Below are positions 11,900-22,949 of a stretch of 64,000 bases of DNA, piece after piece (position 1 is the first letter of the stretch; each line of letters starts with the position of its first letter). Origin of the DNA: Raillietiella orientalis. Taxonomy: Eukaryota. The DNA lies in the NCBI GenBank assembly GCA_036172245.1, contig JAYWIR010000006.1, positions 3,844,001 to 3,908,000 on the forward strand, read 5' to 3'. Below the pieces are notes generated by a model. The model was not told the DNA's origin and searched no databases. It was given only the letters and a program-made list of their open reading frames with translations. A program made the translations under genes and the position numbers.

Positions 11900-12906
11900 C
11901 TCGTCGGCATGGTAATGCCTTCCCGCCGTTCACTTCGTGAACCCTGGGCCTCCTGGGAAGCGGGGTCACCAACAGCCGGGATTCCGTACGGGAGGTCCTT
12001 TCGTCCTCAGACGCCCTAGGGCTCGTGCGAGGACCAGTGCACTGGGAGGGGCCGTGTGAAAACTGAGAGCTTCCAGGGTCCACGACAATCTCTGTCCCTC
12101 ATCCCCAGAGGCTTCCCGCTTCCCCCCTTTCGCGCGGGAAGGCAGGGGAGTGTCCAGCCTAAAGTTGCCTTGAGAACGGTGGTCCTTCTAGACTCCGACC
12201 ATCTGGACACGTGCCCATTTCTTTAAGTGAGCCCACTTGCTGCTACGTAAGTCAAAATGGGTGCCCCCCCGCGGGCTGCTCCCTAGCCATGGAGATCAAG
12301 GCTGCCCCTACAAGAGTCCGAGGACAGCAGTGGCTGTGACTTGGCGCCAACTGTGCTTCGTTTCCTCCTCCCATCGGGCTGCACCCGGTTGGGTGGACGG
12401 CACTTGGCGGAAACGGTCGTCTGTACGGCGACTGAAAGAACCACGCGTTTCCAGGGGATGCGGCCTCCGTCCGGACCCGCACTCGATATACCCGGAACGT
12501 CGTGGGCCACGTGGCTTAACGGCTGCTCTCTGGGGTGGTGGACGGAGAGTCGTCGCCGAAGATCCACCACTCCTGCTCGCCGACGTGGCCTTCCGCCGGG
12601 AAGCCCTCGAGATGAACTGGCGGAGAACGAAGGGGTCATCACAGAGGCAGATGGTGGTTTCGAGTGGTAGGGAAAGGGGTGACGACTGCCCGGTTTTTCA
12701 GCCGTGTCGCTCGGGCCGTGGGATCCCGGAAACAGCGAAGTGTTGCAAGGACCAGGGACTCCTCCATCCGACACAGAGCTCCTACGGGCGAAGCCGATGG
12801 CATCCGCAAACGCCCTACGGGTCCTGGTCACTCTGGTTGCCCGTGCAGAAAGTGAGAACACGGTAAGGGTCTCTACCAGCGCACCGGTCACATCCTCCAG
12901 CGCCAA
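11900..12906 (-). mobile_element. Highly degenerate L1-like ORF2 N-terminus (endonuclease remnant)
   Basis: LVETLTVFSL resembles the 'VATLNVRGL' endonuclease start, and DH..VLKATL near 12180 resembles the SDH motif. Weak and frameshifted. Confidence 0.3.
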
Positions 12907-12910
12907 CCCG

Positions 12911-14520
12911 AATCCCGAAAGATCTTAAACATATGCTTATTATGTATATATTAATATACAAATTAATACAGACATTAATGTATCAATTAAGATACATTGT
13001 TAAAATTATAAAAAATAAATATGCATGCACGATATATATGTGTTTGTGTGTGCATGTAGATTTATATGTGCAAATTTATTTAAACACATATCTATTAATA
13101 TATTTCAAATAAAATATTGATTAACATTTATTAACATGTCCATCACTAATATAACTGATATTTTTATTGTGTATATTTATATATACATAAATGTATACTA
13201 TAAAGAATAAAAATCATTACACACGTTTCTTAGGTATATTAATATGTATATTGATAAGTAAATTAATATAAATTTCTAAAGATTATAATATATATATATA
13301 TATGCCCTCTACTTATACCAATATATATGTATATATTAGATTCATATACAAATCTATTTCAACATGCATATTCATTGATATCATTAATAACAATATTAAT
13401 AGATATATGATGCAAAAATAAATACGTATGTTTATTATATATGTGAATACATATTTATGCATAGAATGAATATGTATGATATGAATATATCGATATCGAA
13501 TTATAAACATATATTTACCGGTCGATCAAAATCCCGAAAATGCAATTCGTAATTTCCGGAAGTTTTCATCTGTCGAGCGCCGGAAATGGAAGGAAAAGGA
13601 AATCCAAAATTTGTTTTTTTATTTGTTCCCTTTGTTTGCTTTTTTATTTTTTTCCCACCATTTTTCAATTGTTGCCATTGTTTTTTATTTTTTGAACTTC
13701 GACATTTCTGTATTTATTTAAGATATATTCATTGCACATGTCATACATTAATGTACATAATAAACATATATGTTCATTTTTATAAGCTTTCCTACGTATA
13801 TTAAAAATGTACATTCATGCATATTATTAATTATATCATTGAATGTGCATGTTAAAATAAATTTGCATATTAATGGATGTGTTAATTTACATAATGATAT
13901 ACATATTGATATATAGAATAAACATAATCATTTATTTTTATAATCTTTGTAATATATATTACTCTGTATACATATATTAATATATGTAATAAACACATTA
14001 TGATTAATTAATAATATGTATGCTTATGAATGCTAGTATAAATATATCACTTAAAATAATATTGCTATTATACTATGTATGTTAATAAATACAATAAATG
14101 TGTGTTAAAATAAATCTATATATTTAGCTATACATACATGCGTGTGTGTGTACATAAAATGCATTTCTATTTATTCCTATAATCTTATTTATCTTATATA
14201 TTAAGGCACATCTCAATATGCATATTAATATATATAATAATCATGTTTTATAATCGTTGTAGCATATATTTATCTATATATTATTCTATTTAATAAAGTC
14301 ATTATAAATCAAATTAATGATGAGTATGTTAATAAATATCAATAAAAATGTATGTTAAAGTTATGCAATGAATCTATATATGAATATGCACAATAAGCAT
14401 CCATATTTATTCTTTGTAAGCTTTATAACTGATATTGATCTAATCATTAATCTCCCTATATATTTGTACGTCAACCTATATAATAAGCATACGTATTTGC
14501 TTTCGAGATCTTTCGCGATT
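12911..14520. repeat. AT-rich imperfect inverted repeat (foldback-like) with internal subrepeats and a GC-richer core at about 13515-13610
   Basis: Left end AATCCCGAAAGATCT (12911-12925) vs right end reverse complement AATCGCGAAAGATCT (14506-14520). ATGCTTATTAT at 12933 pairs with ATAATAAGCAT at 14480, and similarity continues inward. Confidence 0.7.
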
Positions 14521-15499
14521 TGATTCATCCTCAACAGGTGCGCCGACAGTCAGACCACGTTCGAAGACGGGGCTGGGGAGCTGGCGACTCCGAGGACGTT
14601 CCCGGGACGCCCACTGGGAACATCAGATGGGCCCTGCCATCCTCATAGTGTAAGAGAATCACCAAAAGAGCCCAGGAGGCAGCGACAGCCGAGGAGGACA
14701 GCGGAAGCTGCCTCGCTGCATCTGCGTTCAACCACCCTTCCTGCGTTGGCGCACGTGAAGAATTTGAACGAGGGCCGTTCTGCGTGGGGCGACCACCTCC
14801 ATGCGGGTACCCAGGCAGGGCTTTGCTGTTCTGCGACCCCCCTCCGCCGCCAAGTCCAGCGAGGCCCCCGGGATCAACCGAATCGGCCTGGACCCGTGCC
14901 CTCGGACTCCGCCATTTTCTACGCACCGGACAGGTGCGAACGGACCGTAGGCGCCATCCCTGGCAACCCTCGCGCCCAAGTCTCGAGACGCCATGCTTTC
15001 TCGCGAGGAGCGGCGCATCTCGCGGAAGACGTTGTAAAGATGGCAGGGAACTCCCTGGGTCCTTCCGCTTCCGCTGTTTCCCTTCCAGTCTTTTTCATTC
15101 GAGCTTCTTTTTTTTGTTTTGGGTTCTCAAGGAGGGCCGAAGAACCGTCCGTTTCCTCGAGAGAGAGTGGAGGAGCCGAAGGGGGGGGAGGTTGTCCCCT
15201 GCCCGGCGCGGTGCTGCGGTCGGGATTTCCCGGGAGAGGCGCACGGTGCTGCAGCCTCGCGTTAGGGTGAGAGAGGCTCCTCACCCGGGCGCTCTCCTCT
15301 CAAAAAAAAACTTGCAGTTTGGGTGAGACGCGTGGCTCTTCCTGCCACGTGCAGACGCTCCGCCCCACTTGCCAATTGGGGTCCGACGCGAAGAAATGGG
15401 GGGGAGGGAGGACAAAAGAAAATGGGGGGGTGGAGGATCTAATAGTTGTTTGTCTGAGGGGTTCATGAAGGGGTCACAGCATGATCCTCTGGAAGGCGC

Positions 15500-16690
15500 T
15501 GGCAAGTTCGCTCTTCTAACTGCCGAGGTGGAGTCACAGGGCGGCGATCCTCATGGGGGTTTCTGCCCAGTAGATGTCGCCCCTTCTACGAGCTCTTCTT
15601 GCGGCTCCCGGCAGCAGCCCGCGCATGCAGCGAGCGGTTGCTAAGCGCGCGGCTGGTGGCAGCGCGTCCCGCGCGAAGAGGTGCTCGGCAACGTCCGTTG
15701 AGAGTGCACGCGGGGATCCGGAGGGCCGAAGGCAGATACGTTCCCGCAGGGGCCGGGGGCAACGCAGTCAGGGAGCAGCAGGTGCGCGGTGGTTTCCCTT
15801 CCCCTGCCGCCGTCGCACTACGCGCCTACCCTCCCCCGGGGTCCGGTGGCGAAGGCGAGCTTCCCATGGGAAGCTTCCATGGAAGACCAGCGGCATCGGC
15901 CCCTGCCCCACGTGAGAAGGAGGGTGCGATTGTCCCGCAACAACACTGAGGCCACACCAGGGGTTCCCGAGGAATCCCCAGAAGCTCGTCCAGCGAAAAA
16001 AAAGCCCTTTGGGGGTACACTCGGGTGCGCAGCGTCCGTGGGTTCCCGGATTGTCCACCCACCCGGAAGTTCCCTTTCATTTGCGGTTCAGCAAGACACC
16101 TCCCACTTTGCTGGAAAGTCGTTGTCCCTTCCTTCCCGCAGGGAAAGCTGGGTCGCTCAGGCAGTTCGATTCCTGCCCCTACGCGAGGGTGAGTTCGAGC
16201 AGGGTTTGCTGTCCGAAGGAGTGCCGTCGTGCGCAGGGAGCAGGAAGGTTTTCCATCCGGGTTTGCCGGGGCATGTATTATGGGAAATAGCAAAAGCGCA
16301 TTTTTGGAGTGGTGGAGCACTTGGTACCACCATGTGCCAAAAAAAAAAAAGTTTTCTCTCCCACTTGCCACTGCCGGGACACGGGAGGATGGGGAAAAAC
16401 AGAGCACAAACACAAAAAAAGAGGGCAAAAAGTTTTGGGGGAGGGAGATGGGAAGGTTTTCACCTGGATTTTGTGAGCACAGTGTGTCCCGCGATGTGCC
16501 TCTCCCCATTCTCTGGAGGATGCTGGGAAGCTGGAGTTTCTCGTTTCCCAGATGGGGACATCTCGCGGCGATCTTCGGAAAAAACTCGAACAGAGTTTCG
16601 TCCCGTGGATGGCGCCTCTGTCGTGTCGGCCTCCACGTCGCCACCGATAGTAGTAAGGTTTTCACCCAGTTTTGCCGGGGCATTTATTAA
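15500..16690 (-). mobile_element. Stacked minus-strand LINE 3' fragments with two terminal hairpin modules (16248-16281, 16657-16688)
   Basis: HLGNEKLQLPSILQRM C-terminus plus UTR plus hairpin, followed by an internal ORF2 fragment. Inverted homologue of 18640-19590. Confidence 0.7.
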
Positions 16691-16899
16691 TAAAAATAAT
16701 AAAAGTACAATCAGTTGGTCATGTGTTGAAACACTTGGTATACCACGTCCGTCCAACTTGCAGAACACTGATACGGAGACCGGAGAGGTCCGCTCCAGCA
16801 GCGAAGGGGAAGGGGAAACTGCAAAATAGCAAGCAAACAAAAAAAAAAAGGAGGAAAGGTTGTTGTTGTTCTTGGGGAGGGGAAGAGGGGGCGGGGCAC

Positions 16900-18560
16900 G
16901 TGGCTCCTGTCCTCCTCCCGCAAGGAGCGTTCGGAAGGCCGTCGTCTACCCCCCTAGGCTAGCGCCAAGGAGGGTGGTAGGGCCACGTACCGCTGCCGCC
17001 GCTGCTCACAGGCGACCCCACCCAGACAGGCCTCCAACGCTGTGCGGCGCCACACCGTCCTTGCGCTGGCGCGAGCCGGCTGGGGTTGCCAGTCAATCAG
17101 CGTAACCGCAGCCGTCCACTTGTTTGCACCCGGCGAAGTTTATGGGACGAACGAGAAGCACGGGTGCAGATGACGAAAGGCGGGAAGCCGAAAGTCGGCA
17201 GGTGGACCTCGTCGGGAACAGTGGCGGAGAGAAGGAACAAGAGAATAAGAGGCGGTACAGAAGGAAGAAGGCTCGGGAATCGGTCAAAGTCCCTTCCGCG
17301 GGTTTCCTGCTCCCTTAAAAGAGTGACGGCAAGCTCCACTGCGCTCCCCTAACAGATGGCTCCATCTCGCCGGCGTCACTCCGACGAAGAGGGGTCGCGC
17401 AGCGGCTGGCAGCCCTGCGTCTTTGTCCCACTTCGGCGTTTCCTCTGGCTCGCCTACTCGAAGACGCCGCCTCTGCTTATCTCCCACCCTCGCGCCAACT
17501 CCGCACCTCCGCCGTCAACGCAGGAGAACCGCAGGATGTGGACAGGAGGACTTACGCCGGCTTCCCGGCCTGCCTCTCTCCTTCGACGCTTCCAGCGACC
17601 CTCGGATGCTCTCTCTCACTCTGGGAGGCGACCCGTGTACGAGAACACATCCGAGCACCGGGTCCCGGAAATCCCGAATTCCTATGGCGACTACCCCTAC
17701 AGCAGCGGGCACTCTTATGGAGGAAGAGAGTGGAGGACACCCTGGCCCGTCTCCCCTCTTCCACCGCGGCTGCTGATGGGCGTCAGAGTGGGCGAGACGA
17801 GTCACATCCTCTTCGCCCCGAGGCGCAGCATCCGGCCACATCGGGACGGCTCGATCATCTTCGAGGCCGCCACGCAAGGGCTCTATCCCCTCATTCCGTA
17901 GGCGACGAGACGACCACATACTAGCATCCCTGCTCCAAAATACACTGACCCCAGGTGCCCCACCAAACGGACTTACGCTCTGGGAGCAAACTGCTCCCGT
18001 GTCCTCGAAGAGCTGAAGTGCCCCCCCTCCCAGAGGTCTCCCCTGAAACGCACGCCGACACCACCGGACGCCCAGCGGGGCGAGCCCCTATTGTCGCAGG
18101 TGCGGGGAACGGGAGACTCCCTCTCGCACCTGCCTATGGACGGTGCTGCCCTCCGGCACTTTTTGCGAACGTTTTGGAATGACCTCCCTGTAGCCACCTT
18201 CCCCAGGGACGTCTTATGGCTCCTCTTCTCGCGGGAGCCCCGCTGCCTCCAGTCGCATCCCCAGCAGCCCTCTGCTGCACCCGCGGGATGGTGGCGGCCT
18301 GGAGCGACGCTAGAAGAGCACCGAACGCGAGGATGTCGTCCAGCGTGCACTTCCGCGGACGGCAGCCACGTGGCCCCACCCGGGCGCTACGAGGATCGAC
18401 CTAGCCAGCATCCCAGAAAGGGCGCAGAGGACGCCCTCCAGCGGACAGGCATCCCTTCTCGGCCCTCTCTCCACAATGTTTTCCCTTATTTTTTCCTTGT
18501 CTTTTTGTTCTGCTCCTCCCCTTCGCCTCCGTGGGCAACCCCGCGGGTCTGCGGCCCGAC
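16900..18560 (+). mobile_element. Degenerate L1-like ORF2: RT remnant joined to C-terminal zinc-knuckle region
   Basis: VRVGETSHILFAPRRSIRP resembles RT 'VRVNG.LS..F...RSVRQG'. Later PPVASPAALCCTRGMVAAWSDA belongs to the C-terminal family. Confidence 0.55.
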
Positions 18561-18639
18561 AGTCCGCGGACAAGTCGAGCGTGGTTGGAACCACGCGCAC
18601 GCCCCACCACAGAATCGTGGGTCTACGGTGAACTGAAAT

Positions 18640-20330
18640 GAACCCCCCGGCGGCGGGCTGGGTCGAAAGCGAAAGTACTTCTGCGAGATACCCGGTGGCT
18701 CTCACCCCATGCCGCATCACAGCTGAAAAGGATATTCCGGGTGGATGGACAATCCGGGAGCCTACGGACGCTGCGCACCCGAGTGTACCCCCCAAAGGGC
18801 TTTTTTTTCGCTGGACGAGCTTCTGGGGATTCCTCGGGAACCCCTGGTGTGGCCTCAGTGTTGTTGCGGGACAATCGCACCCTCCTTCTCACGTGGGGCA
18901 GGGGCCGATGCCGCTGGTCTTCCATGGAAGCTTCCCATGGGAAGCTCGCCTTCGCCACCGGACCCCGGGGGAGGGTAGGCGCGTAGTGCGACGGCGGCAG
19001 GGGAAGGGAAACCACCGCGCACCTGCTGCTCCCTGACTGCGTTGCCCCCGGCCCCTGCGGGAACGTATCTGCCTTCGGCCCTCCGGATCCCCGCGTGCAC
19101 TCTCGACGGACGTTGCCGAGCACCAGCCGCGCGCGTAGCAACCGCTCGCTGCATGCGAGGGATGGCGACGGAGGCTCGGAACGCAGAGAGGTGAGGCCAC
19201 CCCGTTTGCCACCCCGACAGAGGAGCCATCCAACGGGCAAAAACTATTTCTGGGGATCTCCGGGAGATGTCCTTACGTGGGAAACGAGAAGCTCGAACTT
19301 GCCAGCATCCTCCAGAGGATGGGGGAGACATCGCGGGACATACTGAGCTCACAAAATCCAGGTAAAAAACTTTCCCATCCCATCCCCCAAAACAAACAGC
19401 TTTTTACCCTTTTTTCGTTTGCTTGTGTTCTGCTTTTCCCCAGGCCATATGTCCCCGCAGTGGCAAGTGGAAGTGTTTTTTTTTTTTTTTTTTCTTGCAC
19501 CCAGTGGTGCCAAGTGCTCCATCACAAAAGTGCATTTTTGTTATTTTCCATAGGAAATGCTCGGGCACATCAGGGTGGAAAACCCCATGCTGCATTCCCG
19601 TCCGCCCTCAGGGCAAGCAACGATAGCAGGCTAACGGAAGGGGGGGGGGTGGAGTTCCCAGGCCGCAGTGACGGCACTTCGGAAGGCGGCTGAGCGAGCT
19701 GGCCGACGACGACGACGCCCCACGGCTCCAGCTAAACGGGAGGCATGGGTAGAGAGAACCTCTCGGCCGCCCCTGCCCTTTTGGTGGACTCTCCGTCGTT
19801 GCCCCTCGTTTGGGAGCACCGGACGGCGCTCCCTCGGCCCTTCTGGGTTTCCCGTGTAACGAGAGGCGCCTGTGAGTCGTCTCCAAGGGAACGGCGTCCC
19901 GAACTGCACAAGGAGGGGGACGACCGAGTCGTTCCCGCACCCGTTGCCGGACCGCAGAGTCCTTCCTGGGGGAAGCTGGATCGAGCGGTGCCACCTACGG
20001 GGGGCAGTGCGGGCGACACGGCTGCGACGATCCACTCTGGTGGTGCGCGCTTCGCCATGGAACTACGGGAAGATGCCCGCCCAGCAGATGTCCCTGTGAG
20101 GGCTGCAGCGAGGTGTATCCCGCTTGCCCCAACCAGTCGCCATGCAGCCCACTGGCGTCTGGAAAAGAGCTGACCAACGACCCCCCGTCCCCACCCTCCC
20201 TTCCCCTCTTTTCCCGCTTCTTCGTGGACCCTCTGCTTGTCCGGCCAGCGTGCCAGCGAACCCGCCCAGCGGTCTTCTGTTCGTTGCCCCGAGCAACCCG
20301 CTTCCCGACTTTTTGTCCGTGCCACTGAGA
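18640..20330 (+). mobile_element. LINE ORF2 3' copy (18640-19586, with hairpin terminus) followed directly by another internal ORF2 fragment
   Basis: WTIREPTDAAHPSVPP, GNEKLELASILQRM and a degenerate hairpin at 19550-19586, then EGGGVEFP and ALPRPFWVS, which match the 9250-10480 copy. Confidence 0.65.
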
Positions 20331-20843
20331 GGGGGGGGAGCGTGACCCCTGGACAGCCTCAGTCCGGCCGATGCTGCTCTCCCTTCGCCCCCAACCCTGC
20401 TGCTGGGACCCTGCGAAGCCCGGCTCACCGACTGCCAGACCGTACACATCCATACGTCTGTGTACGCACCGCAGGTGCGCGAAAGGGAAAGAAAACGACC
20501 GGAAACCAGAGGCAGGTGGCAGCAGCGGGAACGCCTGGAGCGCCGCTAGGCTGCATACGAGGAGCTGCATGCACGAGGCAGCGAAACGCCACCGACTGTG
20601 GTGCACGAAGGAACGAAGGGGTCGGCCCCCTGGGGGACGAAAGATGGGGGGGGGGGGGCGACCAGTATGCACCGCAGGCGAGAATGAAGACGCATCGCGA
20701 ACGAAACGTCATTTTATTTTCGATCACCACAAGGGAGGGGGGGGGTCCAACGGGAACACCGCACTCCGCCGAGCGGAGACGTTTCCCGTGCTGGGCGCGA
20801 GCGGGGCCCGGTAGGCGGCGGCGTCGTAGGGCGGCGAAGAAGA

Positions 20844-22061
20844 CTAGAAGACGTAGGGCACCATCCGGTACCTGACGAGGCGGCAGTACTCGGTCCACTG
20901 CTCGCCGTACTTGGCGGCGCACTTGGCCTCGTCGCGGAACACGCGGTGGACCAGCAGGCATGCAAGGAACGCGTTGTACGCGAACGGCCACGGCCCGAGG
21001 TTCCAGCCCACCGAGGTCCACGCGAGGGAGGCCAGGATCTCAAAGGTGTAGTTGAGGTGCCGGGCGATCCCCCAGAATCCCGACGCCAGCAGCGCGGGCT
21101 TCCCGGGGTCCTCTCCGCGGACGAGGCGCACGCCCCGCCCCCACAGCCGGCACGACGCCCCCTGCTTCCGGAATAGCTGCTTCTCGTAGTCGACGCGGTA
21201 GTTGAGAAGAATGGCGAAGACGCCGAGGGCGAGGACGACGAGGGACACCGGCAGGGAGGTGGTCGGGGGATGCGCCACGAAGTAGTAGGAGGAGAACGCG
21301 TACAGGGAGGGGACCATGACGCAGGTGCCCCAGCAGACATAGAAGCCCGCACAGTCGAGGGTCATGTCCAGGGTGTCGAAGTAGCCCTCCTCCCACCAGA
21401 AGAACTTGGCCACGTACACGCTCTGAAGCAGCACGTTCGCCAGCATCCCCCAGTTGACCCCGTGCCGCTGGATCGCCTCCAGGTGGTACGCCAGGATGAG
21501 CACCTGCCACGCCATCATGCCGAAGCGGCAGTTGGTCAGCTGCTTGATGCTGACGCCCAGCACCGTGGGGTCGACGTCGGAGCCGCGGTAGAAGGCGCCC
21601 ACCGAGCAGGGGCGAGTCTTGTCACTGGTGCTGAGCAGCAGATAGAAGCACAGGGCGAAGCCGCAGGCGCTCAGCGTGGCCAGCAGGGGCGACGCGTTCC
21701 GGTACAGCTCCGCGGACGTCTCCGGCACGCAGACGTTCAGCACCATGAAGGTGATCATGGTGGCCCAGTAGTAGGGGACGCCACCCGTGCGGTGGGCGCA
21801 GCTGGAGCCGGGGCGTTGCGAGCACAGTGCGCCGCCCTTCTTCGCGGACAACGCCAGGAATGCGTACGCCCACAGGAAGAAAAGGGTCACCACGCCCCAG
21901 GAGAAAAAGTTGCCCACGAGCATCTCCTGGGTCACCTGGAAGTGGACGCCGTCGTCCCGGCCGATCCACGCCAGGTACTGCACGAGAACGGGAGAGGTCA
22001 GAATGCACAGGGGGGGGAACAGGGCCTCGCACGACTCGGGAAGGACAGTCCGGCGCGCCAT
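20844..22061 (-). CDS. DHCR7: Sterol delta-7 reductase / 7-dehydrocholesterol reductase (ERG4/ERG24 family), 405 aa, intronless CDS
   Basis: Motifs IKQLTNCRFGMMAW, YVAKFFWWEEGYFDTLDM, AGFYVCWG, LLASGFWGIARHLNY and HRVFRDEAKCAAKYGEQWTEYCRLVRYRMVPYVF, plus multiple transmembrane helices. ATG at 22061 lies just after a polypyrimidine acceptor (TTTCTCGTTCCAG, about 22080), suggesting a 5' UTR intron. Confidence 0.9.
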   Translation of the reverse strand: MARRTVLPESCEALFPPLCILTSPVLVQYLAWIGRDDGVHFQVTQEMLVGNFFSWGVVTLFFLWAYAFLALSAKKGGALCSQRPGSSCAHRTGGVPYYWATMITFMVLNVCVPETSAELYRNASPLLATLSACGFALCFYLLLSTSDKTRPCSVGAFYRGSDVDPTVLGVSIKQLTNCRFGMMAWQVLILAYHLEAIQRHGVNWGMLANVLLQSVYVAKFFWWEEGYFDTLDMTLDCAGFYVCWGTCVMVPSLYAFSSYYFVAHPPTTSLPVSLVVLALGVFAILLNYRVDYEKQLFRKQGASCRLWGRGVRLVRGEDPGKPALLASGFWGIARHLNYTFEILASLAWTSVGWNLGPWPFAYNAFLACLLVHRVFRDEAKCAAKYGEQWTEYCRLVRYRMVPYVF

Positions 22062-22949
22062 CCCAGGACGAGGCCGCACCTGGAACGAGAAAGCAGGTGA
22101 AAGCCGCCGCCTCCGCCGCGGAACGCGCCGAGAGGGGAGAACCTGCCCCAGGCACGCTCGGAGAGTCCTCGGGGAGACTCGGGGAGGGGGAACAGGGGAA
22201 ATTGGCTCAGAGAGGCACGCGCCCGTCGCCGTCCTGAGCGGCGGCAAACCCGACAGCGACGACTCCCGAGGCGCCTCGCTGCGGCCACGGCACGAAGCTC
22301 CCGCTCCCCTCGAACGGGGCTCCACAGGGTACGCCCCGGTCCCCGTGCGGGAGACCGGCCAGTGCACCGTCCCGAGAACGCCAGAGTGTCTTGCCCCCTC
22401 TCCCGGGAGCTGCGGGGAGGCGAAATTCGCTCCCGAGAGCATCCACGCTGACCGTAGGCACTGCCACCCAAATAGGGACTGTTGGCTCGCGGCACGCGAC
22501 CAGGCCGGTCGCGGAAAGCACCGACGAGTCCAGTCGCGCACCGTCGCCGATGGGAAAGGGCGAGTCCGACGCGCGTCCAGGAAACGTCTTGGGATGCGTG
22601 TCAACGGGAACCTGATAACGCCCACGTTTTCCTCGGCAATGGGAACCGCCGGCTTGCCGGAAGGGGGGCGGGAAAAGGAATATATAAAAAAAAAAAAAAG
22701 GAAAAACCTACGAACGAGGTCGTCCGACAAGTCGGCTTTTGCCGCAAGCGACGGACAGCGCGTGGGGCAAGCGGCGAACATCCCGCGCAGCGTTTGGGAC
22801 AGAAAACACCTCCGCGGAAAGACGTGCGGGTAGCTGCCAAGGCTCGCGGAGCCGATGACGTGCGCCATGGCTAATCCCAAACTCTCCGAACGGGGGGGGG
22901 GGGAAGGTGCCGCCGTGTGCCGCGCATGCGGAGCGGCACGCGCCGAACT

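Noticed and set aside
22062..22880. 273-aa N-terminal extension of the sterol reductase in the ORF track
   Set aside because: No family similarity, it crosses a poly-T run and a clear splice acceptor sits at about 22080. Likely UTR, intron or promoter that is open by chance in GC-rich DNA.
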